This document shows, one piece after another, positions 17,095 through 26,145 of a stretch of DNA of 64,000 bases. The position numbers and the translations under genes were made by a program. Source of the stretch: Hyphomicrobiales bacterium (GTDB lineage: Bacteria > Pseudomonadota > Alphaproteobacteria > Rhizobiales > CAJQND01); assembly GCA_028285595.1 (NCBI GenBank), contig JANQOW010000016.1, forward strand, positions 4,956 through 68,955, in the 5' to 3' direction. The notes under the pieces are model-generated. The model was not told where the DNA came from. It made no database searches and was given only the letters and a program-made list of their open reading frames with translations. Every line of letters starts with the position of its first letter. Within the stretch, counting starts at the first letter, position 1.

Positions 17095-18207
17095 ATGGCG
17101 AGATCCAGTTACAGCATCGCACTGAGCTTCACCAAAGGCGTCAAAGGCATCAAAGGCACCGACAAATCCGATTGGCTGACGGGCTCTTACTTTCACGATG
17201 ATTACATCTATGCCGGCCAGGGCAACGACCACGTGTTCGGGTATAACGGCAACGACTATCTCTTCGGTGACGAGGGCAACGATGTGCTCTACGGCGGTGC
17301 CGGCAATGACGTGCTCGACGGAGGCGATGGCGCCGACACCCTGTTGGGCGGCCGCGGAAATGACACGTTCATCGGCGGCTGGGGCCATAATCACAACGAT
17401 GGAGGCAGTGGCATCGACACGATGACATATGCCGGATGGCACACCGGGGTTGTCGTCAATCTGGAGGTCGGCGAAGGGCTGGCGGGGGCTCTTGGCGACA
17501 CCTATGTCAACATTGAGAACGTGACGGGCACGGACCATACGGACGTCCTTTACGGCGACAGCGGTGCCAATGTGCTGAATTCGGGCGCGGGCAATGACAG
17601 CCTCTTCGACAGCGACGGCGACGACACGGTCTTTGCCGGCGCCGGCAATGACACCCTGTGGGCCGGCTCCGGCGCCGATGCCTATTATGGCGGGACGGGC
17701 ATCGACAGCATCTTTTTCGGCGCCAGCTTGGGCGGGGTCACGGTCGATCTGGAGAACGGCACCGGCTCGGGCGGACACGCAGAAGGCGACACCTACATGA
17801 GCGTGGAACGGGTTTACGGCAGCCTCAACGACGACGTTCTGATCGGCGATGACGGAGATAATGTGCTGCTCGGCGATGCGGGCTCCGACGTGATTTATGA
17901 CGGCGCCGGCAATGACGTGATGTCGGGCGACCAGGGCGAAGGCACGCCCTTCAATCATGCGGACACCTTCGTGTTCAGCGATGGCCAAGATCTCGAAGCC
18001 GACGTGATCACGGACTTTGCCGCGGGCATCGACACGATCGACTTCAGCCAGGCCGATGAGTTCTTCGGGTTTGACGACCTGTTCAATGGCGGCGACCGGT
18101 ACATGGAACAGGTGGGGGCGGACACGGTGATCCACTATTACGATCACACGCTTACGCTGCTGAACGTCAATATGAACGATCTGAGCTCAGACGACTTCAT
18201 CTTTTGA
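17095..18207 (+). CDS. RTX (hemolysin-type calcium-binding repeat) protein, paralog 1
   Basis: 370 aa. Many GGxGxD nonapeptides (GNDYLFGDEGNDVLYGGAGNDVLDGGDGADTLLGGRGND). Acidic C-terminal tail ...DLSSDDFIF. Confidence 0.9.
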   Translation: MARSSYSIALSFTKGVKGIKGTDKSDWLTGSYFHDDYIYAGQGNDHVFGYNGNDYLFGDEGNDVLYGGAGNDVLDGGDGADTLLGGRGNDTFIGGWGHNHNDGGSGIDTMTYAGWHTGVVVNLEVGEGLAGALGDTYVNIENVTGTDHTDVLYGDSGANVLNSGAGNDSLFDSDGDDTVFAGAGNDTLWAGSGADAYYGGTGIDSIFFGASLGGVTVDLENGTGSGGHAEGDTYMSVERVYGSLNDDVLIGDDGDNVLLGDAGSDVIYDGAGNDVMSGDQGEGTPFNHADTFVFSDGQDLEADVITDFAAGIDTIDFSQADEFFGFDDLFNGGDRYMEQVGADTVIHYYDHTLTLLNVNMNDLSSDDFIF

Positions 18208-18247
18208 TCCCGCGCCGCCCCAAGATCTCCCTTGCACGGTGCAGAAA

Positions 18248-18270
18248 CCGGCCAGCCCAGCGCTGGCCGG
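18248..18270 (+). terminator. Hairpin after RTX gene 1
   Basis: CCGGCCAGC-CCAGC-GCTGGCCGG, a 9-bp stem, with no U-tract. Confidence 0.35.
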
Positions 18271-18333
18271 AAGCGATTCAAGATAAACCCTTTAAGCCAT
18301 TGTTTTAAATAAATTTTCCGATCCTGTTTGCGG

Positions 18334-18349
18334 TGTGACGGATTACACA
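18334..18349. promoter_or_regulatory. CRP-type box TGTGA-CGGATT-ACACA upstream of RTX gene 2
   Basis: Identical 16-mer to 16996-17011. The centre is again 29.5 nt from the first base of a -10-like hexamer (TAGTGT, 18371-18376). Confidence 0.5.
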
Positions 18350-18389
18350 TCGCCGCCTCGACCCTTCGCCTAGTGTGTTCTCAGCAAAA

Positions 18390-18406
18390 CGGAGGGCGGT
18401 CCTCCG
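18390..18406 (+). promoter_or_regulatory. Conserved leader hairpin CGGAGG-GCGGT-CCTCCG (RTX gene 2)
   Basis: Identical to 17052-17068. Followed by the conserved AGAGAGGGATTGGGACAATGGCG. Confidence 0.4.
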
Positions 18407-18436
18407 GGGACATTTAAAAAGAGAGGGATTGGGACA

Positions 18437-19570
18437 ATGGCGAAGTACAGCCCCACCAAGACGATCATCACCAGCTCCAAAGGCATCAAAACCATCAAAG
18501 GCAGCTCCAAAACCGATTGGCTGACCGGATCATATCTGCACCACGACACCATTTATGCCGCAGGCGGAGACGATATCGTGTTCGGTTTCAGCGGCAACGA
18601 CATCCTGTTCGGTCAGGAGGGCCATGACACCCTGAACGGGGGCCATGGCAACGATATTCTGAACGGCGGCAACGGCAATGATGTGTTGAACGGCGGTGAC
18701 GGCAACGACACTCTGATCAGCGGTATCGGCAACGATATCCTGAACGGCGGCAAAGGCATCGACACGGTGTCCTATGCAGACCGCGATTCAGGCGTCCATG
18801 TGGACCTGGAGGAAGGTAAGGGCTTCTGGGACGCGTTTGGCGACACCTACAGCAGCATCGAGAATGTGATCGGCACAGATCATAACGATGTCATCACCGG
18901 CAACCATGCCGACAATGTCATCACCTCTGGTGCCGGACGGGACTCGATCCGGGACGGCGACGGCAGCGATGTTGTCCACGCCGGCGTCGGCAATGACGTC
19001 ATGTACGCCGGCGATGGGGCCGACAAGTACTTCGGCGGATCAGGGACCGACAGCCTGATCTTCACGGACAGCGACGCGGGTGTCACGGTCGACCTGGAGA
19101 ACGGCACCGGATCAGGCGGCTACGCGGAGGGCGACGTCTATGACAGCATCGAAAATGTCATCGGTTCCCAGTTTGACGACACGCTGATCGGCGATGACGG
19201 CGACAATCAACTGAACGGTAGCAACGGTTCGGACGTGATCGTTGATGGGGCCGGCGATGACTGGATGACCGGCGATTTTCATGGCTGCGGCTATTTTCCG
19301 GACGCCGGCGCTGCCTTCGCGGACACCTTCGTGTTCAGCGGCGGCGAAGAGGACGAGCACGACACGATCGGGGATTTCGCGCCCGGCGTGGATACGATCG
19401 ACTTCTCCCAAGCGGAAGACTTTTTCGGCTTCGACGATCTGACCAATGGCGGCGACCGCTTCATGGAACAGGTGGGCAGCAGCACGGTCATCCACTATTA
19501 TGATCACACCTTGACCCTGCTGGGCGTCAACATGGACGATCTGAGCTCTGACGATTTTATCTTCGCGTGA
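18437..19570 (+). CDS. RTX (hemolysin-type calcium-binding repeat) protein, paralog 2
   Basis: 377 aa, collinear with paralog 1. Shared blocks: DWLTGSY, GTDHx[57 protein letters not shown]. Confidence 0.9.
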   Translation: MAKYSPTKTIITSSKGIKTIKGSSKTDWLTGSYLHHDTIYAAGGDDIVFGFSGNDILFGQEGHDTLNGGHGNDILNGGNGNDVLNGGDGNDTLISGIGNDILNGGKGIDTVSYADRDSGVHVDLEEGKGFWDAFGDTYSSIENVIGTDHNDVITGNHADNVITSGAGRDSIRDGDGSDVVHAGVGNDVMYAGDGADKYFGGSGTDSLIFTDSDAGVTVDLENGTGSGGYAEGDVYDSIENVIGSQFDDTLIGDDGDNQLNGSNGSDVIVDGAGDDWMTGDFHGCGYFPDAGAAFADTFVFSGGEEDEHDTIGDFAPGVDTIDFSQAEDFFGFDDLTNGGDRFMEQVGSSTVIHYYDHTLTLLGVNMDDLSSDDFIFA

Positions 19571-19580
19571 TCAGGATTGT

Positions 19581-19617
19581 CCTCCCGCATCCCCGGTCCG
19601 TTGGGGATGCGGGGAGG
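19581..19617 (+). terminator. Strong hairpin after RTX gene 2
   Basis: CCTCCCGCATCCCC-GGTCCGTT-GGGGATGCGGGGAGG (about 14 bp with one bulge), with no clear U-tract. Confidence 0.45.
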
Positions 19618-19837
19618 CGAATCGGCGAATCAATATCCCGTGTTGTAGCTGGATTTTGCGCGCATTTTGGGGTATAGAGCCTCATCTCGAGCTGCATTTG
19701 TTCTAAAAGACCGAAGACGCCACTCCCTTGAGTGATCCGACGAACCTCTTGCCAACAATGTACCCCGAAGACACGCATGCCGCCTTTGCATGAGGCAAAC
19801 GGCGGCGAACATAGCCCATTGTTGGAGACAAACTACA

Positions 19838-20047
19838 ATGCCAGTTGGAACCGTGAAATTCTTTAATACCGTCAAAGGCTACGGCTTTATCGAGCCGGAA
19901 GGCGGCGGCAAGGATGCCTTTGTTCACATCTCCGCCGTCGAACGCGCCGGCCTCACCACGCTCAATGAAGGCCAAAAGGTCTCTTTCGAGCTGGAGGAAG
20001 GCCGCGGCGGCAAGATGGCCGCTGAACAGATCTCGATCGTGGAGTAG
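19838..20047 (+). CDS. cspA: Cold-shock protein (CspA family)
   Basis: 69 aa. [34 protein letters not shown] carries the RNP1/RNP2 motifs. The track ORF starts further upstream at 19790. Confidence 0.92.
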   Translation: MPVGTVKFFNTVKGYGFIEPEGGGKDAFVHISAVERAGLTTLNEGQKVSFELEEGRGGKMAAEQISIVE

Positions 20048-20064
20048 CCACGCACAGCTCTCTC

Positions 20065-20092
20065 CGTCATCCCCGCGAATGCGGGGATGACG
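20065..20092. repeat. REP-like perfect palindrome CGTCATCCCCGC-GAAT-GCGGGGATGACG
   Basis: 12-bp stem, 17 nt after the cspA stop. Related to the palindromes at 12610 and 15044. Confidence 0.7.
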
Positions 20093-20459
20093 TCAACCCA
20101 AACTCTCATGCCGGCCCTTGCCTTCACGGAGCGGTGTGAGCGCCCGGCACACGAAAATCTCATCGCGCTCAGGGTTTTCTTAAGCCCTCCCATGTGTTAC
20201 TCCCCCCGCGCCATGTGGATACGTAAAGACAGCCCCCAAGGGACCAGCGCCCGAATTATGGGCGCCGTGTGAGGAGCACGGCGGAGGGCCCTGCGTGCGC
20301 TTAGCGCGCACCGTCCCCTTTATCTTGATCCGATGAACTGATAGAGCGTTCAGCATTCAGTTCCAGTTTTACCAAATTCGAAGAGACCGACCGGGCGGAA
20401 GCCTCCTGCTGTTCCAGGAGCGCACAGCCCCCGCCCAAGCGATAAAGAGCGTAAGCGCC

Positions 20460-23393
20460 ATGACTGAGAAAGCCCCCGGCAGAGATTACCGCGAAACCCT
20501 GCTGCTGCCGCAAACCGAATTCCCCATGAAAGCCGGCCTGCCCAAAATGGAGCCGGCCATGCTGGAGCGCTGGTCGAACTTGCGCCTCTATGACCTGATG
20601 CGCAAAGAGGCCAAGGGCCGCGAAAAATATGTGCTCCACGATGGACCCCCTTACGCCAACGGCCACCTGCACATCGGCCACGCCCTCAACAAGATCCTGA
20701 AAGACGTGGTCACCCGCTCCATGCAGATGATGGGCTACGACAGCAACTACGTGCCCGGCTGGGACTGCCACGGCCTGCCCATCGAATGGAAGATCGAGGA
20801 GCAATACCGCGCCAAGGGCAAAGACAAGGACGAGGTGCCGGTGGTGGATTTCCGCCGCGAATGCCGCGAGTTCGCCGAACACTGGATCGACGTACAGCGC
20901 GAAGAGTTCAAGCGCTTAGGCGTTGAGGGCGACTGGGACAACCCCTACCTCACCATGGCCTATGAGGCCGAAGCCTTCATCGCCGCAGAGCTGATGAAGT
21001 TCGCCACCTCCGGCCAGCTCTACCGGGGCTCCAAGCCGGTCATGTGGTCGGTGGTGGAGAAGACCGCTCTGGCGGAAGCCGAGGTGGAGTATGCGGATTA
21101 TGAGTCCGACACCATCTGGGCAAAGTTCCCCGTGGCCTCCATCGGTGATGATGCGCATCCTGATCTCGCGAAGACCAATGTCCTCATCTGGACCACCACG
21201 CCGTGGACCATCCCGGGCAACCGGGCGATCTGTTTCTCGCCTAAGGTGGCCTATGGGCTCTACAAGGTGACCGCGGCAGAGAACGATTTCGGGCCGCAGC
21301 CCGGCGAGACCTTCGTGGTCGCCGATGCGTTGGCCGCCTCGTGCGCTGAAAAGGCCAAGCTGGAAGTGGAGCGCCTGCAAGGGGTTCCGGCCGCCGTGTT
21401 GGCCGACCCGGCCTTCACCTGCCACCACCCGCTGAAGGGCCATGGCGGCGGCTATGACTTCGCCGTGCCGTTCCTGCCGGGCGACCACGTGAACGATCAG
21501 GACGGCACCGGCTTTGTCCACACCGCTCCTGGCCACGGCCGCGAAGACTTTGAGGCGTGGATGGATGCCGCCGTGGACCTGCGCCAACGCGGCATCAACA
21601 CCGCCATCCCCTTCACCGTGGATGCAGACGGCGCCTTCACCGCCGAAGCCCCAGGCTTCACCGGCGCCCGGGTCATCACCGACAAAGGCAAGAAAGGCGA
21701 TGCCAACCAGGCGGTGATCACCGCGCTGATTGAGAAGGACGCCCTGTTTGCCCGCGGCCGGCTGAAGCACCAGTACCCCCATTCCTGGCGTTCCAAGAAG
21801 CCGGTGATCTTCCGCAACACGCCGCAATGGTTCGTCTACATGGACGAGGCCATCGAAGGCCGCCAGGGCGACACCCTGCGCGCCCGCTCGCTCAAGGCCA
21901 TCGATGAGACCCGGTTCGTGCCGGCGTCCGGCCAGGCGCGCCTGCGCGGCATGATCCAGGACAAGCCCGACTGGGTGCTCTCGCGCCAACGCGCCTGGGG
22001 CGTGCCCATCGCCGTGTTCGCCAAGGCCGACGGCGAAGTGCTGAGGGACGAAGCGGTCAACGCGCGCATCTTTGAGGCCTTCAAGGCGGAAGGCGCCGAT
22101 GCCTGGTTCGAAGAGGGTGCTGCCGCAAGGTTCCTGGGTCCGGACTATGACCCGAACGAATGGATGAAGGTGGAAGACATCCTGGATGTGTGGTTCGACA
22201 GCGGCTCCACCCACGCCTTCTGCCTGGAGCAGCGCGAGGACCTGAAATGGCCCGCCTCGCTCTACCTGGAAGGCTCCGACCAACACCGGGGCTGGTTCCA
22301 CTCCTCGCTGATTGAGAGCTGCGGCACCCGCGGCCGCGCACCTTATGAAGCGGTGCTGACCCACGGCTTCGTCATGGACGAAGAGGGCCGCAAGATGTCC
22401 AAGTCTCTGGGCAATATCGTGACCCCTCAGCAGGTGATGGAGCAGAACGGAGCCGATATCTTAAGGCTCTGGGTGATGAGCTCCGATTATGCGGAAGATC
22501 TGCGCATCGGTCCGGAGATCATCAAGACCAACGTGGACAGCTACCGCAAGCTGCGCAACACCATGCGCTTCCTCCTGGGCAATCTGGCCGGTTTCCATGA
22601 GGCGGAGCGGGTGGAGGTTTCTGAGATGCCCGAGCTGGAGCGCTACATGCTGCACCGGCTGGCCGAGCTCGATGAGATCGTGCGCCAGGGTTACAAGGAT
22701 TTCGACTACAAGCGCATCTTCGCCCGTCTCTTCAACTTCTGCACGGTGGAGCTGTCGGCGCTTTATTTTGATATCCGCAAAGATGCGCTCTATTGCGATC
22801 CGGCGTCGTCCCTGACGCGGCGGGCCTGCCGCACGGTGTTGGACGAGCTCTTCTCCTGCCTCACCGCGTGGCTGGCGCCCATGCTGGCGTTCACCATGGA
22901 GGAGGTGTGGCTTGCCCGCTTCCCGTCCGAGGATGGTTCGGTGCACCTGCGCCAGTTCCCCGATGTGCCCGAAAGCTGGCGCGATGACGCACTGGCCGCC
23001 AAGTGGGAAAAGGTGCGCCAGGTGCGCCGCGTGGTGACCGGGGCGCTTGAGATCGAGCGTCGCGAGAAACGCATCGGCTCCTCCCTGGAAGCCGCGCCGG
23101 AGGTCTATATCTCCGATGACGCTCTGATGAGCGCGCTGGATGGCCTGGATCTGGCAGAAATCTCCATCACCTCAGGGGCAACCCTAAGCCAAGGGGAGGG
23201 GCCCGAAGGGTCCTTCCGCATGGAGGAGGTGGCCGGCGTTGCGGTCGTGCCCGCTCTGGCGGAGGGCCAAAAATGCGCCCGCTCCTGGAAGGTGCTGGCC
23301 GATGTGGGCACAGATCCGGACTATCCGGAGCTATCGGCGCGCGATGCGGCGGCGGTGCGCGAATGGGATGCGCGCAAGGCAGCGGCTGAGTGA
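20460..23393 (+). CDS. ileS: Isoleucine--tRNA ligase
   Basis: 977 aa. HIGH ([12 protein letters not shown]) and KMSKS (RKMSKSLGN) motifs and typical IleS length. Confidence 0.97.
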   Translation: MTEKAPGRDYRETLLLPQTEFPMKAGLPKMEPAMLERWSNLRLYDLMRKEAKGREKYVLHDGPPYANGHLHIGHALNKILKDVVTRSMQMMGYDSNYVPGWDCHGLPIEWKIEEQYRAKGKDKDEVPVVDFRRECREFAEHWIDVQREEFKRLGVEGDWDNPYLTMAYEAEAFIAAELMKFATSGQLYRGSKPVMWSVVEKTALAEAEVEYADYESDTIWAKFPVASIGDDAHPDLAKTNVLIWTTTPWTIPGNRAICFSPKVAYGLYKVTAAENDFGPQPGETFVVADALAASCAEKAKLEVERLQGVPAAVLADPAFTCHHPLKGHGGGYDFAVPFLPGDHVNDQDGTGFVHTAPGHGREDFEAWMDAAVDLRQRGINTAIPFTVDADGAFTAEAPGFTGARVITDKGKKGDANQAVITALIEKDALFARGRLKHQYPHSWRSKKPVIFRNTPQWFVYMDEAIEGRQGDTLRARSLKAIDETRFVPASGQARLRGMIQDKPDWVLSRQRAWGVPIAVFAKADGEVLRDEAVNARIFEAFKAEGADAWFEEGAAARFLGPDYDPNEWMKVEDILDVWFDSGSTHAFCLEQREDLKWPASLYLEGSDQHRGWFHSSLIESCGTRGRAPYEAVLTHGFVMDEEGRKMSKSLGNIVTPQQVMEQNGADILRLWVMSSDYAEDLRIGPEIIKTNVDSYRKLRNTMRFLLGNLAGFHEAERVEVSEMPELERYMLHRLAELDEIVRQGYKDFDYKRIFARLFNFCTVELSALYFDIRKDALYCDPASSLTRRACRTVLDELFSCLTAWLAPMLAFTMEEVWLARFPSEDGSVHLRQFPDVPESWRDDALAAKWEKVRQVRRVVTGALEIERREKRIGSSLEAAPEVYISDDALMSALDGLDLAEISITSGATLSQGEGPEGSFRMEEVAGVAVVPALAEGQKCARSWKVLADVGTDPDYPELSARDAAAVREWDARKAAAE

Positions 23394-23893
23394 GCATCTC
23401 CCCCTACACCAAGCTGGGGGCCGGTCTTGCGGCCATCACCTTTGCCGTTGATCAGGGGCATAAGTGGTGGATGCTCGGCCCCTTCAACATCGCCGAACGA
23501 CAGCCCGTGCGGGTGGCGCCCTTCTTCGATTTGGTTCTGGCCTGGAACCGGGGCGTATCGTACGGCTGGTTCGCCACGTCGAGCCAAACCGGCCGCTGGA
23601 TCCTGGTGGCTGTGATGGCCTCGATCGTTGCCATCCTCGGCGTCTGGCTTGTTAGGGCCACTGACCGGCTGACCGCTCTTTCTTTGGGATTTTTGATCGG
23701 CGGAGCGCTTGGAAATATGCTGGACCGCATCATTCACGGGGCGGTGGCCGACTTCTTCTTTTTCCACGTAGGCTCGTTCCACTGGTACATCTTTAACCTT
23801 GCTGACGTGGCCATAGTTGCGGGTGTGGCCGGCTTGTTGTATTCTTCCTGGAAAATTGGTGGGCATTCAGGGGAAGCGAGCGCGGCCGAATAG
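23390..23893 (+). CDS. lspA: Lipoprotein signal peptidase (signal peptidase II)
   Basis: 167 aa, 4 TM. GTGA overlap with the ileS stop. Motifs NRGVSYGW and [10 protein letters not shown]...VADFF. Confidence 0.9.
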   Translation: MSISPYTKLGAGLAAITFAVDQGHKWWMLGPFNIAERQPVRVAPFFDLVLAWNRGVSYGWFATSSQTGRWILVAVMASIVAILGVWLVRATDRLTALSLGFLIGGALGNMLDRIIHGAVADFFFFHVGSFHWYIFNLADVAIVAGVAGLLYSSWKIGGHSGEASAAE

Positions 23894-23976
23894 CCACGGC
23901 GCTCCTGTCATCGTTCCGCCGTATTGGGACACTACCACGTGTCCCCCGTGATACCGATGGCTGGCACGGGCCAGTA

Positions 23977-24594
23977 GTGATGGGAAGTGGTGCTTTGACT
24001 AAGAAAGTTTCCAAAGGCGTTATTTGCGCGGCCGCACTCTTGCTCGCAGGCTGCAGCAATTCGCCAACTGAAATGTTGAATGACACGCTTGGCCTTAACA
24101 AAGAGGTGCCGGACGAGCGTTTGGTGCGGACCCATCAAACGCTTGCTGTTCCGCCGGATTTGCAGCTTCGGCCCCCGGCGCCGGGTGAAACGGTGACCGG
24201 AACGCTTAATCCGGCTGCCCGCGAGGCCGCCGCACGCGGAACCTACGCCACGCCGCCAAGCGCGATTGGGTCACAAGTGGTGCCCCCGGCTGGAACCCAG
24301 CAGGCCTATAATCAACAACCTCCGGCATATGGCCAACCGGCGACAGCCCCTCAAGCGGCTGTTCCCGCGCAACCGGCTGTTCCCGGTCAGCCGGCCGCTT
24401 ATCAACCCCCGGCCCAGCCGGCTGGTGACATTTTCGCCCAGCATGGCATCTCCAAAACCCACCCTGATGGGAAAGAGAAAAGCCATGAAGAGCTCATGAA
24501 AGAGCTCCGCCAGGTCCGGATCAAGAAGAAACAGGCGTCAAATCCCAATTACGGAACGATTTGGAACTTCCCGAACCTGTTTTCCGACGATTGA
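23977..24594 (+). CDS. Pro-rich lipoprotein (DUF3035-like)
   Basis: Lipobox AALLLAGCS. Position after lspA and before two M16 peptidase genes, as in other Rhizobiales (from memory). Confidence 0.7.
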   Translation: MMGSGALTKKVSKGVICAAALLLAGCSNSPTEMLNDTLGLNKEVPDERLVRTHQTLAVPPDLQLRPPAPGETVTGTLNPAAREAAARGTYATPPSAIGSQVVPPAGTQQAYNQQPPAYGQPATAPQAAVPAQPAVPGQPAAYQPPAQPAGDIFAQHGISKTHPDGKEKSHEELMKELRQVRIKKKQASNPNYGTIWNFPNLFSDD

Positions 24595-24735
24595 GTCAGC
24601 CTTGCAGACGTGAGGTCTTGAGCTGGCTTTCAGCCGCTCAACACTTACGTGTTACCAAGATTTAATTTGCGATTGACGCCGCGCTGGCACATGTTGGCGC
24701 GATTATACCGTCGGCTGAATCGAGAAAGCTCACCC

Positions 24736-26145
24736 ATGATTTCCAATATACGGTTTCGTTTCTGGGGTCTCGCCTTGGGGCTCCTCGCTCTGATTGGTGC
24801 AACCCAACATATTCACGCAGCTGGATCAAAGGTGGAAACCTTCACCATGGACAATGGCATGGAGGTGGTGGTGATCCCCGACCACCGTGCCCCCGTGGTC
24901 ACCCACATGGTTTGGTATCGGGTGGGTTCTGCCGATGAGCCGCCAGGTGAAAGCGGCGTAGCCCATTATCTTGAGCATCTCATGTTCAAAGGCACGAAAA
25001 CCGTCGCCCCCGGCGAGTTTTCCAGGACCGTCAAGCGTAACGGCGGCCAGGACAACGCCTTCACCTCCGCCGACTACACGGCCTATTTCCAGCGCATTGC
25101 GAAAGATCGGCTGGATCTGGTGATGAAGCTTGAAGCCGACCGGATGACGAACCTGCAGGTTGGCCAGAGAGATATTGAAACCGAGCGCGATGTGGTGACC
25201 GAAGAGCGCCGCACCCGGATCGACAACTCGCCCTCAGGCAGGCTCATGGAACAAGTGCGTGCCGCGCTTTACGTGAATCACCCCTATGGCGATCCGGTGA
25301 TCGGTTGGATGCATGAGATCAAGCAGCTTGATCTGGAGGCGGTTCAGGCCTTCTACAAACGGTTCTACGACCCGGCCAACGCCATTCTGATCGTTGCTGG
25401 GGACATCACGGCCAAGGAACTGCGGCCGTTGGCGGAAAAGCATTACGGCGTCATCCCGTCCAAAGGTCCCGCCAAACCCCGCGTGCGTCCCTTGGAGCCA
25501 GAGCCTCAGGCGGCCCGGCGGGTCACCCTGAGCGATCCCAACGTGCCCACACCCTCGTTCCGGCGGATCTACACCGCCGCGTCCTATTCCCGGGCCGAGC
25601 CCGGTGAAGCCGAGGCGTTGGATCTGCTCTCCCATATTCTGGGCACCGGCACCACATCCAGGCTCTATCAGAGCTTGGTGGTCGAGCAGAAGATCGCCTC
25701 CTACGCCGGGTCCTGGTACTCGGGCGATGCTTTGGACATTGGCGATTTGGGCGTTTACGCCGGACCGCAGCCAGGCAGCGGCAAGGCCGAGATCGCCAAG
25801 GTGGAAGCCGCCATTGACGCGGTGATCCAGGAGATCATCGAAAAGGGCGTGACCGCCGAAGAACTTGCCCGGGCCAAGAACAGCCTGCTGTCTGCGGTGG
25901 TGTACCTGAAAGACAATCAGATGCGCCGCGCCAGGATCTACGGTGTTGCCCTGACAACGGGGCAGACGGTGCGCGATATCGAAGAATGGCCAAGCCGAAT
26001 TGAAGCCATCACAGCAAAACAGGTCCAAGAGGCCGCCCAAAAGTTCCTTCAGATCCGCAGATCTGTCACCGGGCTTCTGCTGCCGGAGGCCCCCCAACAA
26101 AGAGCCAAAGCGCCGGGCGCATCTAAGGACGAGAATAAATCATGA
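24736..26145 (+). CDS. M16-family (pitrilysin/insulinase) zinc peptidase
   Basis: HxxEH zinc motif (GVAHYLEHLMFKGT). Signal peptide from MISNIRFRFWGLALGLLALIGA. The track ORF starts at 24649. Confidence 0.85.
   Translation: MISNIRFRFWGLALGLLALIGATQHIHAAGSKVETFTMDNGMEVVVIPDHRAPVVTHMVWYRVGSADEPPGESGVAHYLEHLMFKGTKTVAPGEFSRTVKRNGGQDNAFTSADYTAYFQRIAKDRLDLVMKLEADRMTNLQVGQRDIETERDVVTEERRTRIDNSPSGRLMEQVRAALYVNHPYGDPVIGWMHEIKQLDLEAVQAFYKRFYDPANAILIVAGDITAKELRPLAEKHYGVIPSKGPAKPRVRPLEPEPQAARRVTLSDPNVPTPSFRRIYTAASYSRAEPGEAEALDLLSHILGTGTTSRLYQSLVVEQKIASYAGSWYSGDALDIGDLGVYAGPQPGSGKAEIAKVEAAIDAVIQEIIEKGVTAEELARAKNSLLSAVVYLKDNQMRRARIYGVALTTGQTVRDIEEWPSRIEAITAKQVQEAAQKFLQIRRSVTGLLLPEAPQQRAKAPGASKDENKS

Noticed and set aside
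20093-20459. 366-nt gap upstream of ileS as a T-box or other leader riboswitch
   Set aside because: Several short hairpins are present (for example GGCGCCC-N7-GGGCGCC). I could not find a T-box sequence, a specifier-loop architecture or a terminator/antiterminator pair. T-boxes are also not expected in this lineage.
20916-22364. 482-aa ORF antisense to ileS. Similar long antisense ORFs occur at 4398-5411, 10168-11043, 17032-18147, 33904-34827, 38792-39829, 46079-47316, 52993-54159 and 56409-57395.
   Set aside because: These are typical high-GC shadow ORFs opposite well-supported genes. Their products are Arg/Gly/His/Pro-rich and lack start-site signals.
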